This document shows positions 33,916 through 47,547 of a DNA stretch of 57,504 nt, in pieces. A model generated the notes under the pieces. The model did no database searches. It saw only the letters and a program-made list of their open reading frames with translations, and was not told where the DNA came from. The first letter of the stretch is position 1; every line of letters begins with the position of its first letter. Both the position numbers and the translations under genes were made by a program. The stretch is from Seison nebaliae (Eukaryota), in NCBI GenBank assembly GCA_023231475.1, contig JALJEE010000436.1:1-57504 (forward strand), read 5' to 3'.

Positions 33916-35424
33916 ATGGATTTTCTGCGAAATATTCCATCAAATGCATTTTATACACATAATAATATCTCTCAAGTACTGAGAAGTTGTGAAGTACCGA
34001 TAACTTATGCAGGTCATTCATGGCTCATCCCTCAGTCACAACATGGAATTGGTATATTGTCGAAAATTGCCTCAGCATTCCTCTCCATAGAATCCACTCC
34101 AATTCTCATTCAGATTATATATAATTTGGCTAGCGACGGAGATGGAATTACCAAGGATTATATCGATTTCTTATCTGGAGCCATTTCAGGTATGAAAAGT
34201 AATATATCTGATTGGCGAATGCAGTATAAGTATAACGAAGGTTATTATTTATTATGGAGATTATTAGACAAGCCAAATCTCCATCCAAAACAGAAGACAC
34301 AAGAAATAATATTAAATAAAATGAATTTAGCACAAGAGCTTATCGAATTCAGGAGTTTTAGTGAACATGTAACCAATGCTCCTCATACTCCGTTGGAAAT
34401 AAATTATCGAAAATATACTGCTGATATTAACAGGAAACAAAATGTTCAAAAAATACCGAATTTGAATATGATTGACAATACTTTAAAAATATATAATAAT
34501 GCTAATTTCTCCCAAATTACTAATCAACTATACATAATTTTATACTTGACTGATTTAGTTAATGCAGAAATCGATATTATTAGTTATAAGAAAACGTTGC
34601 GCAATTTTGATGATGTTCGTTATATTCCAGAGTTCGGACTACTAACCATACCAGTGATTTTTAACGCTGATGAATTGATAACTGAAAGTCTTAAACTTTA
34701 TAATTTAAAGTTTTTTTCGAAAACTTTCCAACAATCGAAATATGAAAGCTTTAAAGAATGTTCGAATGGAGTACCTTCTGTTATCATTTTTGAATTTAAG
34801 CAATCTAATAATTATCATCGACTTATTAATTCGGAAGAACATCGTTATATTGAGAAGTTAAAGATCGAGTCATTGGATAAACGAAAAAAGTTTGAAACTT
34901 TCATGCGTCTGAAATGTCAAAGAGTTGGATATATTTTAGATCAACATTTTGATGTTTTTAAAGAAGTGAAACTAAAAGGAAGAGCGTTTCAAATTAGATC
35001 CATCACTCTAATACATAATCGTATTGGGGAAGAAGGGATGGGAGGGAAACCAGATAAAGAGATGATCACTCGAACTTTATCAGCACTTGATATTGAAATT
35101 GGTTCTGAATATAAAAAATTATTTGGAAATCAACTAACAATCTTAAAGGAATTCATGAGATATCGACTACTCTTTGCGAATAGATTTGTTAGTTGTGCAA
35201 AACGCCGGTCAGTCGACAATAATCTAATTATAGTGCGCAGCTTTTTAACAACCAAATTTTTCCTTTGTTATGACACTTCATGTTATTTTTTGAAAAAATG
35301 GTTCGTTTTTGGAAAATATCTTCAACATGAATTAATTAACAGTTTAGTAATAGAAGATAAGAAGTTAACAAATGAAGCAATTAATAATCTAAAACCTCCA
35401 AAATTATATCATCAAATAAATTGA
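33916..35424 (+). CDS. orphan intronless protein, 502 aa
   Basis: 1.5 kb stop-free ORF in very AT-rich DNA with globular composition; no motif recognised. Confidence 0.7.
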   Translation: MDFLRNIPSNAFYTHNNISQVLRSCEVPITYAGHSWLIPQSQHGIGILSKIASAFLSIESTPILIQIIYNLASDGDGITKDYIDFLSGAISGMKSNISDWRMQYKYNEGYYLLWRLLDKPNLHPKQKTQEIILNKMNLAQELIEFRSFSEHVTNAPHTPLEINYRKYTADINRKQNVQKIPNLNMIDNTLKIYNNANFSQITNQLYIILYLTDLVNAEIDIISYKKTLRNFDDVRYIPEFGLLTIPVIFNADELITESLKLYNLKFFSKTFQQSKYESFKECSNGVPSVIIFEFKQSNNYHRLINSEEHRYIEKLKIESLDKRKKFETFMRLKCQRVGYILDQHFDVFKEVKLKGRAFQIRSITLIHNRIGEEGMGGKPDKEMITRTLSALDIEIGSEYKKLFGNQLTILKEFMRYRLLFANRFVSCAKRRSVDNNLIIVRSFLTTKFFLCYDTSCYFLKKWFVFGKYLQHELINSLVIEDKKLTNEAINNLKPPKLYHQIN

Positions 35425-35429
35425 AATAA

Positions 35430-37090
35430 TTATATATATTATTATTTATTGATTAAAATTCCTGTCGGGATAAACATGAAAAAAGAGAAAAAAATTACTG
35501 CCATCCTCTGTGTCAATAAAAAGGCGTAATTGATCGAGGTAATCGCGGTTGATAGGTAAAGTTGAGGTGGAATCGTATGTTGAGATGAAATTTTTAAAAT
35601 CGGTTAGAGAAATGTTTGGAGATAACTTGTAGTATCTGACAGTGTATGTGAAAACGGAATGCGTGTAGAAAGGATGGATGTCGGAAGGATGACTAGAGAG
35701 TGAGTCAAAATTGTTAAATTTATCGCGGAGTGAAAAAATACGACGACATAGAAGAATTGGAAGTGGTAGGATATTCACAGCAGCGAAAAGATGTGAGCGA
35801 TTACATCTATGAAAACAGCAGATCATTTTTCTAAAGAGCCGATTATAAGCTCGGTCCAAGGACAGAAAAGACCGATGGGAGCATAGAAAGGTGGTCTCCA
35901 AATAATACAATGGTAGCACTAGGTTCCTGAATAGTGAAAGACGGATCTTTAATGGGACGAATTTTGATTTAGGAGAGAAGGAGAAAAAAGCTCTACAGAA
36001 TTTGTTTCGGATACGATCGAGAGCGGATGAGGAAAGAAACCGCATATCGATCAGTGAGCCAAGGAAGATAGTAGAAGTAGCGAGAGGAATGTTAGAGAAC
36101 GAACGATTAGCGGTTGAGAGCAGCCAACATTTAGATTCGTTTATAGTAATGTATGTGGTATGTATGGTTGTAGTATGTGAACAAGCGTTACGGAGCCTGC
36201 CGTGAAAATGATCCCTGACACACTTTCTCACGGCTCTGCGAAACAACTTCCGAGATTTTAGATGATGTTCGCGGTTGAGAGAAGAAGGATTTTCGCGGAA
36301 GGTTTTCCAGCAACCGGAAGCTCGACGCTTAAGATGGGAAATAGAAGACAGATTCGAAATAGGAGGACAAGAAAATTGTTGACGATGGGAAAAAGTGATA
36401 GGTGAGCATTGGGCAATAAAGAGTAACTGCTCAGTAGGGGAGAGAGTAGTGTTCATAAACTTAGGGGAAGCGTTAAAAAGAATTATTTGCTGACGCATGA
36501 GAGAGAGTTTACAATAGTGCTTGCAGGTAATGTTACGAGGGGTGGTATTTGGAGAATACAAAGCCATGGAAGTGGGACGGGAAAGACTGGAGATGGTTAG
36601 GGAGATAGGAAGGTGATCGGAAAGAGAAGAAAGGAAAGAATCTACAATAATTTCACACGCGACAGCAGAAGAACATAGGTTGTCGCTAATGATGAAATCA
36701 TCTATCAATGAGCTTCCCATGTGTGATGTGAAGCTGATGGAATTTTCCTCCCACATTTTGTAGTCGATGAATTGGGAAGATGTGGAAGAGAGGAAAACGG
36801 AAAGACGATTAGAAGCGTAGGTACCGAAGGGGGAGAAGCGGAGGTACTGAAACATTGATGATCGGCCACTTCTAGCCAAGCTGGTTTCGAGCCCACGAAC
36901 CAGATCTCCTGAGAGAAGATGATGTCATAACCGGAAAAAAACGAGAGAGAGGATCGGAGATTCGTAGAACCATGCGTATTGAGAGAAAGGAAGATGATAT
37001 TACGGATATCGGTAGAAACAACAGAAGATGAATATGGTTTTGTGGAAGGAGAGGAATTATGTCAGAACAAGGTGACAGGATCGGACATAG
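35430..37090 (-). mobile_element. internally deleted, non-autonomous non-LTR retrotransposon
   Basis: APE endonuclease N-terminus (IIFLSLNTHG...YDIIFSQEIW, about 37010-36895) and C-terminus (SFTSHMGSSLIDDFII...SDHLP), then linker, then directly RT thumb (INESK..FLG) and C-terminal domain. The 3' end is CAATAAATAATAAT. Confidence 0.88.
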
Positions 37091-37916
37091 TTGAGTCAAT
37101 TGGTTATTAGAAATTAAATTGTTGTTACAAATGGAATATAATATCTAATACCTGCTTAATAATATGTAATAGCCAATACCGTTAAGTGAGGCAATAGAAG
37201 ACATTAGGGAAAAATGGGATAGTTCCTATTTGATTTTTTGATTATGAAATGGATTATCTCATCTTGCTCCAACCATTCTCTTTTCAAAAATTGAAGACAT
37301 TTTGATAAACAGGTTAGTTCGCTCATATGCAGATTATATTTAACTTCAACTACGTTTTATAATGAAAAAGAAATGAATTTTTTAAAGCAAAATAAACGTA
37401 GTCTATCAACATAAAATTATTTTATAATGCTTTTCATTAAAAAAAAGAGTAAATAAAAATGAAAAATGAAAGGAGGTTCCGGAATCATGCTTCATTGTTA
37501 ACTTATAAAGGTACCATAATATCTTTCAGAGTCTAACCTTTAGACCGAATTGAAAGAAGTTTACTAAAAAGTGTTTCATCTTGTCCCCCCAAGAAGGTAG
37601 TACCTTCAAGGTACTTTGTCGACAATTTACGTGATGATTAATTTATCTAACACTTATTGTTTATGATTCGTTCAGTATCAAATTAAATGACGGAATTAAA
37701 ATATATATAAACAAACGATTACATAATTTCATAATTCATGAATTAATAAGAGAATTAATTTAGGAAATTGATGTTCATAAAATTAGTTAATTCTTAAATA
37801 ACTTAATTAATTTTCTAACGAACAACATTTTCATTTTCTCAACTTCAATCCATACATATCGCATTCATTCAACTGGGGAGATAGATGTTAATTAATAGAG
37901 ACAGAAAAAATTTAAT

Positions 37917-38834
37917 TTAAACTTCTTTCCGGAATAATTCTCGACAGACATCTTCCGCCGTCTTCGCCTGATGTGGATTGATTAGATTTAGTGGTCCTTG
38001 AAATTTCGAGTATTCATGTAAGACTTGTAGTTCAATGGCATCTTGATTCATTTGAGGCTAATTCAACCCACATAAAAAATTGGAAATGAATTAAAATGAA
38101 CATGATCTCTCATAATATGTTCCACCATATAAGTTACCTCAGTGAGAATATCATAAAAACACTAGAAAGACATTCAATAGAATAAGGACTGAAAATTTAA
38201 ACTTCATTTTCTTCTTCATTTGGAATGTTGAAGAGATCAGGTCGAATGACTCGAAGTAATTTATAAGCGACATCCGACGGATTTATATTACTGTCTAATT
38301 CGGCCTCTTTCGCCAACATCGATACGGTTGGGATGTGTAATCTTGCCGATTTCTTTTCCATTATTTATGAATTGCAATAATAGAAGATATTTGAAATAGG
38401 AGATAATCGAACCATTCGTTTGATGGCGAGTTCACGCTTCTTTTGAAAATTGGGGAATTTGAAAGTATCATGTATGGGAATTTCATAAGCGATTGGTGGT
38501 GCTTTAGTCACTTTGGCATAACATTTATAAGCTTCGATACCTTTATCATATCGATCTATTAAATTTCGTTGGACGGGATCATCATATTTCTTCTTTTCCT
38601 TCTTCTCAACACAACATTCACCATATTGTCTTGGCTGAAATGGAATGAATAGGAATTATGAATATAAAAAAGAACATCATACATCGGTTGCCAACAACTA
38701 TGTTTACTCCTTGCACTTTCGGTACCGCATTCCCAACTATTGTTCACAGGTGTAACATCTCGAGGTTGATGTGGCGGTTGAAACATTTTGAGACGATCGG
38801 GAATTTTCGTTTTATGTTCTCGTCTAATTCTCAT
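37917..38834 (-). CDS. hypothetical protein, 5 exons
   Basis: Introns 38635-38675, 38353-38412, 38138-38202 and 38058-38101 (all GTT donors, phase 0) give one continuous frame ending ...CRELFRKEV*. Confidence 0.65.
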
Positions 38835-39115
38835 GGTGGTGAAATAATAAGGAAAACTGAAATTTCTTTTTTTGCGCAATAACCATCCGATGAAGGAATG
38901 ATGAAGGAATGGAACAATAGCAGATATGAAGATGATTTATTGTGAAAAGGGAACAATAGATGGACGGGAACAATGAACGATATAAATTTGATAATGAAAT
39001 GAAAATGAAAGTGAAAAATTGGAAAATTGTGAAAGCAAAAAAAAAATTTGAAAAATTCTAATTCGATTTCAATTTCAATTCGATTCGATTTCGATTTCAT
39101 TTTCCTTTTTCGAAA

Positions 39116-40540
39116 ATGGTCATCGATCAATCCAACTTGAACTTCGATGAGTGTAGCTTCAGTGACATGAGTCAGAAGGAGTATCTGCGAGCTCTAATCA
39201 GAAACAAGCAGAAAGAGATACCAACATCTCTTCGAAGTCGCCATTATGAGTTGGAATGTATGGAACAAGAAATGAAGGAACTGTTGACACAAATTAATCA
39301 GTTGAAGAGACTGAGAAATATGGAAAGGAATAACCGAAACGCGATGAATATCCAAGGTCGATATATTACCATGTCGTATTCGGTGAACACTTCCCGCAAA
39401 TGCATCAACCATTTAGGCTATATGAAAATGAAATTTAAGAATGAACTTTATTCGATTCATAAGCAAAACCAGAAATTGTTGGAGTTGCAAAAAGTGGCGG
39501 AAAGGGAAATCCGCACACTTACACAAGATCATAAGACGTCCACGTCTCAAATGAATCGAGTGTTGGAGAGAGTGCAGGATGCCGATCGAATAAAAGTTCT
39601 ACTTCGTAACTTATCTTATCAGATTATGGATGACGTCCGTGAATATAAAGTGAAGAATGACATGAAATTAGTTCATTTGAAAACGAACAATGGAATTCTC
39701 GTTAATATGATTCAGGAGGCGCAACAACGCAATCAAGAAGTTTGGACTATGAAGACACGATTATCAGTAGAAGAAAAGGAGTACAATGTGAAATTGCGGA
39801 CGTTTGGAAATATGGAGAAATGGATGTTAAATCGGATGTACGCCGTGCAACCCACTTGGGCCATTAAACCCGTCCAATACATCGACCACCAAATTAGAAA
39901 TAGCGTTTCTAACACAAATAAAATGACGACATTCAATTCTCAACGTTCATTGAACTATGTTGAAAAGAATAAACCGTCGCCATCAGATCAACCGCTCACT
40001 TCTTCCAAATTGACACATCTTCTCACCACATCATACTTACAGACGACGAAACAAGTGCAATTGCGTATGAAATTAACTACACACAAAAAACAACGAGATC
40101 ATCTCATTGGCGTGTTCATTAAAGTTCCAATTTTGTGCGCTTTCACTCGTCAAATTATCGAAGATAAAATCCAATCGTTAAAGGAAACATGTTCTGATCG
40201 GGAAGAGATGACGAAAGAACAATTAGATAAAACGAGTCATCTCCAATTAAATATTCGATCAATCAAATCTTTCTTTTGGATGTTAAACAAACAACTGGAC
40301 TTGTGGATGAAATTAGGTAAATCGCCCATGGAACCTCAGCCGTCCCATATCGGATTACGTGCCATCACTTCAACTACAACGGAGAATTTGTATGAATTTT
40401 ATTCAACAGGCGCAGCAACCAGGAATAAGATCGACACTCTCAAAACAATGAAATTCCATCCACCTCTTGTCCAACCGTCCATGACGAGAATTTCTGGACG
40501 TTCTGGTCAACATTCTAATTTCTCCATGAGTGGATATTAG
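39116..40540 (+). CDS. coiled-coil protein, 474 aa
   Basis: Long intronless ORF with heptad-like E/K/Q/L-rich segments, head-to-head with the 38834 gene. Confidence 0.75.
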   Translation: MVIDQSNLNFDECSFSDMSQKEYLRALIRNKQKEIPTSLRSRHYELECMEQEMKELLTQINQLKRLRNMERNNRNAMNIQGRYITMSYSVNTSRKCINHLGYMKMKFKNELYSIHKQNQKLLELQKVAEREIRTLTQDHKTSTSQMNRVLERVQDADRIKVLLRNLSYQIMDDVREYKVKNDMKLVHLKTNNGILVNMIQEAQQRNQEVWTMKTRLSVEEKEYNVKLRTFGNMEKWMLNRMYAVQPTWAIKPVQYIDHQIRNSVSNTNKMTTFNSQRSLNYVEKNKPSPSDQPLTSSKLTHLLTTSYLQTTKQVQLRMKLTTHKKQRDHLIGVFIKVPILCAFTRQIIEDKIQSLKETCSDREEMTKEQLDKTSHLQLNIRSIKSFFWMLNKQLDLWMKLGKSPMEPQPSHIGLRAITSTTTENLYEFYSTGAATRNKIDTLKTMKFHPPLVQPSMTRISGRSGQHSNFSMSGY

Positions 40541-40892
40541 AAATTTATGATTTTTTTTCTCTGATCAACAATTACTAATTATTCCTTATCTCAAAAAAAC
40601 AAACGAATTCTTTTACCGAAATTTTTTAAGATCTACAAGTTTTTTAATAAAATAAAATTTTTTACATTTTTATCATAAATAATTTGTTGAAAGAAGAATA
40701 AACAGAATAATAGAATTTCTCGGACATGAAATGGTTCGTCAATGAAACAAAGAGAAAATATGGTGTGGTAAACTGGTTTGGAATTGTCATTTCTTTTCTT
40801 AAAATCAATGACAGCATGTCTGATATAATAAAGAAATTGGTTAATAATACGGGAACGGCATTTGCAACTCGGTAATTTTAGCGCAGAATTAA

Positions 40893-43800
40893 CTAAGAGT
40901 AAATCGGTTGTTCTTGTCCTGTCAACAATCGATACATTTGCGTCGGCATTGTCTTCAAACGAAGCTATCAAATAAATAATTTGTTGGTAAATATAAATTA
41001 TGATATTATTACGATAAATAAAACGAAGTAACTTCTCCAATACTGGTGGCCAACATATTGACGATTTTCTCATGTGACGTCGTTACCACACTAGTTCCAT
41101 TGATTTCAATGATACGATGACCTACGCGTACTCCACCACGCTCAGCTATACCACCACGCAATAACGAGCAGATCTGAGATAGAAAAAGAGACGATATTGA
41201 TAGGAAAAGAGAGAAAGTGAAACTATTCCGTTTTGAACGGAGAATCCCAATTGATATTTGGTATCTGGTCGTTTGATGAGTATTTCAACGACGGGAGGAC
41301 AAGGAACGACCACTAATCGGACGATAGTTGATTTCATTTTGCATTCTTTCAATTTCATCTGACACACATTCAATGGTAATCCAACTAATGACATTCCATT
41401 AATACTGATCAATTGATCACCAATATTTAAATTACTACATCTATATTTCACAAATAGAATTAATAGAGAATGTTGAGAGAGAAATTCACCTTGCACATGG
41501 ACTACTTGGAGCAATGTTAGCAACAACGACTGTTGGCACCATGCTACCCCAACCACTCTCAACAATCACAATTCCCAGAGTCTCATTCTTCAATTTTTTT
41601 ACAATCACTTCTTTTTGACTCTCCTTCTTGGAAAACATTTCCAATTCTTCTGATGTACTCAACATTTCTTGTTGATTGAGAACATCTTGATAATCCAAAT
41701 CTTTCGAATAAGACGCATCATCAATTCCATTAGCACGAAGGAATTCGATATAAGCTACTTGGAAAGCATGACCGATGGAATGGGCAACGATTTGTGCTTC
41801 GTCCGTTTCGAACACATGACAAACCATAGTTGGTTGTAATTCACCTAGTAAATGAATAATAAAATTAATCAACTACCAAATTAATATTATTAACTTTTAT
41901 TATGTTTCCTCTTTGCCATCAAAACAACAAGATCACCGATATCGGCGATATATGAAATTGAACGCAATGAATGATCCATCATAATCTCTTGGAGGTCGAT
42001 GTTGAGAACCATAATTTTCTCGGTCGATACGAATAAATCGACATCGACGTTCGGTTGTGTTTCTCCATCGGGCGCCTTGATCATATTAACTGCTTCTTGT
42101 GCTTGTGCCATTCTCATTGCTTTCGTCGCTTGACTGCTACTATTACGTTTTGCCGTTTTCATCGACGTCATCAATTGTGTCGATCCCAAATATTTGCAAC
42201 GGAAGAGAACACCTTCGATTAAGACTGAAGGATCGTGAGGATTAGGTATGGAAATACGGAGACCTGTAGAAATGATGATAGAAATTGTCAAATCATCAAA
42301 TGTCAAATAAATGATTGATGAACACATGTCCCCATGGTGACATGTCAATAGTCAATAGCATCAAAAATATGAAATTAACCATCACCACAAATCGTTCTCA
42401 CCAAAATTCAATTAGCACAAAGCACAAAGAAAAATTTGTAGAAAAAACTATGAGAAGAGAAGTCGAAAAATTCCTTTTATTTCTTTTCTGAATTGGCAGA
42501 GAGAGAGAGAGAGAAAGAGATCTCTCATTATAATCGGAAGAAAACCTTTTTTTTACGAATAGAAACAAATAGAGAACTATTCAATTGGAAGTGGAGAAAA
42601 AAAGAAGTTTCTAGTAAAGATCTGCCCGTTTAAATGAAAATCGATTATATTGGAATTCAAAAAAAAACGGTTTTCTTGCCTGGAAATGGCACGTGGTTTA
42701 GCGGATAATAAGAGAGAAGAACAACAACTTAGACGAACACCAACGTTAGTCCTAAGATCACGGAAGAAAGACAAAGAGAGAGAGAGAATAATAAAAAGTG
42801 ATGATGAGAAATATGGAACTTACCAAGGAAGAAGAATGACGAAGACAAAAATGGAAAATGATTCGATCGACAAATGGCCATGCAAAAGATAAAATGAAAA
42901 AATTAAAATGTTTGTTTCGCTCCCAGATTCATGCAATAAAGCCAGAAACTGCTCATGCTGCTCAAATTTCATGCACTCGATTCAGTCGGAAATGAACATG
43001 AAATCATACAAACCTTCTCTCGGACGTTCATTCGTTTCCACATGTTGGAATGGTGATTGATCTTTCTCTAAATTCTTCACTTTCTTCTTCTCCAGTTGAG
43101 TTGAGGAAGGTGAAATTTTCGATTCGGTATCATCAAAATAAATATATTCTTTCGATAATGAACGTTGTAATGATTTGGAGAGTGATGATCGATATGGACG
43201 ATTCTCTCGATCATTCTCCTGAGAAAGCTGATCGTCATTCTCATTGAGATGGTCGTCCGATAAAGTTCCATTCTCTAATAATGGATTCGATTCCGCACGA
43301 TCACTATGTCGACGATGTGTTTTTGTCTCATTCACGATGAGTGGTTTCGTATCAATCATCTCCGTTGTTTCTTCACTCTTCAACATATCACCCGTTGACG
43401 AGTATCTGATAGGAAGAAAAAGAAGAATTTATTATTTGCACTCAATGAACTTTAATCTTACGAATAAATTTTCTTTTTTCGTACTCTCTTCAATACTTTC
43501 CTCGAACGGACAGAGGATAATCTCGAATGAAAGATAACGAGACGGGACGGGACGGGATGAGTGAGGGAGATAAAGAACTAACAACGTGTTAAGTGATTCG
43601 GTTCGTTTGACTTCATTTCGACAATTTATAATTGTCTTTTCATCATATAATGATATTGTATGATCAGTTGATCCTTTACCACTACTAGTCGTAGTAGTTG
43701 TGGTGGTAATTACGATTGGTTGATCAGTTTGTGTCGTAACAAAAGGAAATTGACGCGCTACATCATTCGAGATATGAGATGAAGAGGATGTGGTCGTTAT

Positions 43801-45417
43801 TATAGACGCGGTAATTGATGTTGTAGTTGAGGTGATGAGGGAGGGCAATACGGATGTCAAATATTCTGTGGAGAATGTAAATAGAGATTGTACAATCGAT
43901 TTGATATTAAAAGAAGAAAATATTCTTATTAGAATCAAAGAATTAAATCATTAGAATCAATAAAGCGACTAAAAATAAGAATTGATGGGGGAGAGACAGA
44001 ACTACAAGATAAAAAGAAGAATAATAACAACAATAATAAAGAGGAGGAGCGAGAAATAAAATGAGAGAAAGCAAGAATTATTAAGAAATGAAATTGATCT
44101 CAATTTGTCCAATTCAACAACTTACTTAATGGAATAATTTTCATTTCCACTGATAATGAGAGAAAATAAAAAAAGAGAAATTAAAATGAAATTAAAAATT
44201 TTGAAAAAAATAAAAAGTTTTCATAAAGAATCATTTAATTATTTTTACATTTTCTATAAAGAATCATTTTATTGAGCGAATAATGTGAGATGAGGAGGAA
44301 GAAAAGGAGGAGATAGAAAGAAATAATAATGTAAATAAAACAAACCAAAATCCGAATTAACTCCACTGGTAGTCGATGTGAGTTGGTTGAGCATGAACGA
44401 AGGAATACCGTTTGGATTGTTGGCAAAGCCGACGGGCGAATTAGGTGCAATTGATAGATGAGACGACGGATCGACAGAATTGGTGAAAGAGTTAGGAAAT
44501 GGATTATTGTTCGATCCATTCATGAGCATGGAGGAAGGAAATGATGAACCGATCAAATTCATTTGATTCTCGATATGATTAGGTGGACGATTAGTCAATT
44601 GATTCTGATGATGAAAACTCGCCGTCGACATATTGTAAGAAGGAGATGTATATGTATTCATATTCATCGATTGATGATATGTTGGAATTGATGGGAAATT
44701 GGTTGGATAATAATTCATTAAATTATTATTATTATTATTTAAATACTGTTGTTGTTGTTGTTGAATGAATAATTGTTGATATTGTGATGGATAAGGTAAA
44801 GGAGGAAATGTTGTAGAATTCATATAAGTAATCACTGGATGCTGTTGTTGTTGTTGTTGTGGTTGTTGTTGGATATGATCATCAATTGATATTTTTGATG
44901 GAATTGACGATGATGACGAATTATCAATCAGATCATTATTCGTTATTAATGGAGGTGTTGTTGTTGCTGTTAATGAATTGATATGGAAAGTGTCTTCATT
45001 TGCATTCAGATTCAAATGATTTAAACTGAAATTATTACAGAGTTTGAGAAGATCTTTCTCTTCCGAAAACGATGTTCGTTGTTTCTTCTGTTGATAATGT
45101 TCGTTCTCTTTCAATTGTTGATTATTCATCAATTGACTCCGTAATAATTCTTCGAAACGTTCACGCTGCTTCTGATAACTCAATTCATTTAACGTTTCCT
45201 TCTTTCCATCAGGATCAACATTCGAATTAGAAGATTGATGATCCCTAGCTTTCTCTGATGATCTCTCATCCAAACTTCCATTCATTATCTTCTGAGTAAC
45301 AGCGTCCAACTTCTCTTCCAACGTCGATCGTGAAGAGTGTCGTTCCAAGGATTTCCTCACATCATTCGCATTAATAAACTTGATATCAGCGTTCTCCTTC
45401 TCCTCTCGTATCGACAT
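40893..45417 (-). CDS. APBA: Mint/X11 (APBA/lin-10) adaptor with PTB and two PDZ domains
   Basis: PTB motifs [32 protein letters not shown] and CHVFET. PDZ1 [15 protein letters not shown]2 [31 protein letters not shown]-terminus [14 protein letters not shown]. Introns 41845-41894, 41441-41489, 41174-41223 and 40965-41032; N-terminal exon joins are less certain. Confidence 0.93.
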
Positions 45418-45764
45418 TCAATTCCTATTTTTCGACTGCTACCAAATCACCAACGAATGAATCGATCAATTCTTTCACACTCTATCACTGTTGTTGTTGT
45501 CAGTTTCAAAATGTTTTCAATTCCTCTAATATTATTCCATTTTCACAAGACAGCTCCCGTTCGTCAGAGACAGAAACCGAGAGAGAAGGAGAGAGAAAGA
45601 GAAAAAGAAAAAAAGAGAGACATAAAAAGTAGAAAAAACGATTCGTATAAGAAAAAGAATAAAAAAAAATTAATAATTTCAACTCTATGAATTATGTAAA
45701 GTCGACCCAATAATTTCCATCGAATGTTCATCTGATCAACATTATTTTTATTAATTATTGCACG

Positions 45765-45796
<32 letters not shown>

Positions 45797-45800
45797 TACA
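45765..45800. repeat. (CA)n microsatellite
   Basis: Interrupted CA run. Confidence 0.85.
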
Positions 45801-46360
45801 TTCCCGATTGATAAGGGAGTAGAAGGGCATGATAGAAGTACCATCGAAATTTTTTTGAAAATTTCTAATTAAACTAATTTCTTTCATTCCGATAAAAGAG
45901 ACAAACATGGAAATTAATTCCATCTGCCTGATTCTTCTTCTTTCAGAAAAAGAATTAAGTAAGAAAAAAATGAGAATTGTTAGACAGTGAAATTTTTATT
46001 ACCAGAATATTCTTAAAGCAAGATGTTCTCTATTTGTCTCTCCAGTGCCTGAGGAAGAGTTAAAAGAGAAACGTTCCCACCACTGAAAATTATCTCTAAT
46101 TTTCTCCAATAAAATTGAAAGAGTTTTTGTCTGCTATTCCATCATATTCATGTATGAAATAGTGTAAATTTCAAGAAGATTTCAGGGCAACAAACACATG
46201 AGGAGAAGATACATGATCATGGAAAGAAAATGAATGAGATAGACGTATCTTTCTTCGCATTCAAATTCGAACATCGATCGAACAGAGAATTACTTTATAA
46301 AAAAAAGAGGAAGAAATTAAACGGTAGGAACGAGTTATTGTTGAAGGTCAATCATTCCTC

Positions 46361-46361
<1 letters not shown>

Positions 46362-46392
<31 letters not shown>
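46362..46392. repeat. (CAT)n microsatellite
   Basis: About 10 CAT units. Confidence 0.85.
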
Positions 46393-46393
<1 letters not shown>

Positions 46394-47547
46394 GTAGTAG
46401 TATGGTCGCTATCTATTTTCTTTCTATGAATGAATAACATGATGATAATCATTTACATTTTCTTTTCTTCTTCCACAAACTACCAAGAAGAACAACGACA
46501 ACAACAACAAAATTCTTTCACAGACAAAAAAACTATTATTAGGAAACTGGGATAATACTGGTGAATTTCCTTCATTTCATCAGTCCTAATCTTTCTGTCT
46601 TCCGATAATATAAGATGAATATACACACATATATACATGAGAGACATATAGGTACATAAGATGTAGATATAATACACCGTCTCCCAACTAATAATATCAT
46701 CATAAGAACCAACTTTTTTAATTTATGGATAATCAATTATCGATTAAGTTCTAATATTTCTTCTAATCGTCGCTTGACTTTACCACTTTTTTTACTACTC
46801 TGTCAAAAAATGGGAGAATGAAATATTCTTCATTCCATCAACCATTTCCAATTGCGTTCCATATAAGGAATATGATTAGAATTGCCGTCATTGCAGGAAG
46901 ATTCGGGTACCTGAGAATTTGAAGAATATTTGTTTATAAAAAAAACATTCAATTGAAATTTGTTGATGAAAAATGAAGTAGTAGTAGAAGTAGAAGAAGA
47001 AGAAGAAGATGATGATGTTGTTGATGATGACGACAACGACAAGAACAGAAAAGGATTGAACGAACTATGAATTTTTTTCGTTTCTATTTCAATAAATTCT
47101 CTCTGTCTATTCTCGTCTGGTGAGGGTTGTGGAAGATGTCTTGTAATCAGAGTAATAAATAGGAGAAATAATAATCGTCATTCCTCTTTTTCGACTTTCT
47201 TATTTCTAATTATGCAGTGGCAGACCCATGTGAGGCAAGACAGCTGTGTGTATGAATTCTCTTAAATTTCCAATTATAATGCAGTAAAGAGCGCTCCAAC
47301 TTCCGTAAAGACGACGAACAAAAATATTTTGGAGAGGAGAGAAAACGAATTTCTTTTTCACTCAATGACATAAAATTCTCATTATACCGCAATGACACAT
47401 GAAATGGAGAAAGGGAATGGTGGATAATACGATTTCCTTGTCAATCTCTTGAGATCAACGGCCAACAATGACATCATCAAAAATTATAATATGAAAATAA
47501 TTTCTTAATACATTTCCGTTAATTTTCAATCAAACTATTTTCGACGA

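Noticed and set aside
37599..37626. Hairpin AGTACCTT-C-AAGGTACT followed by palindrome TTGTCGACAA (possible Helitron end)
   Set aside because: No CTRR terminus at the expected spacing and no other Helitron evidence.
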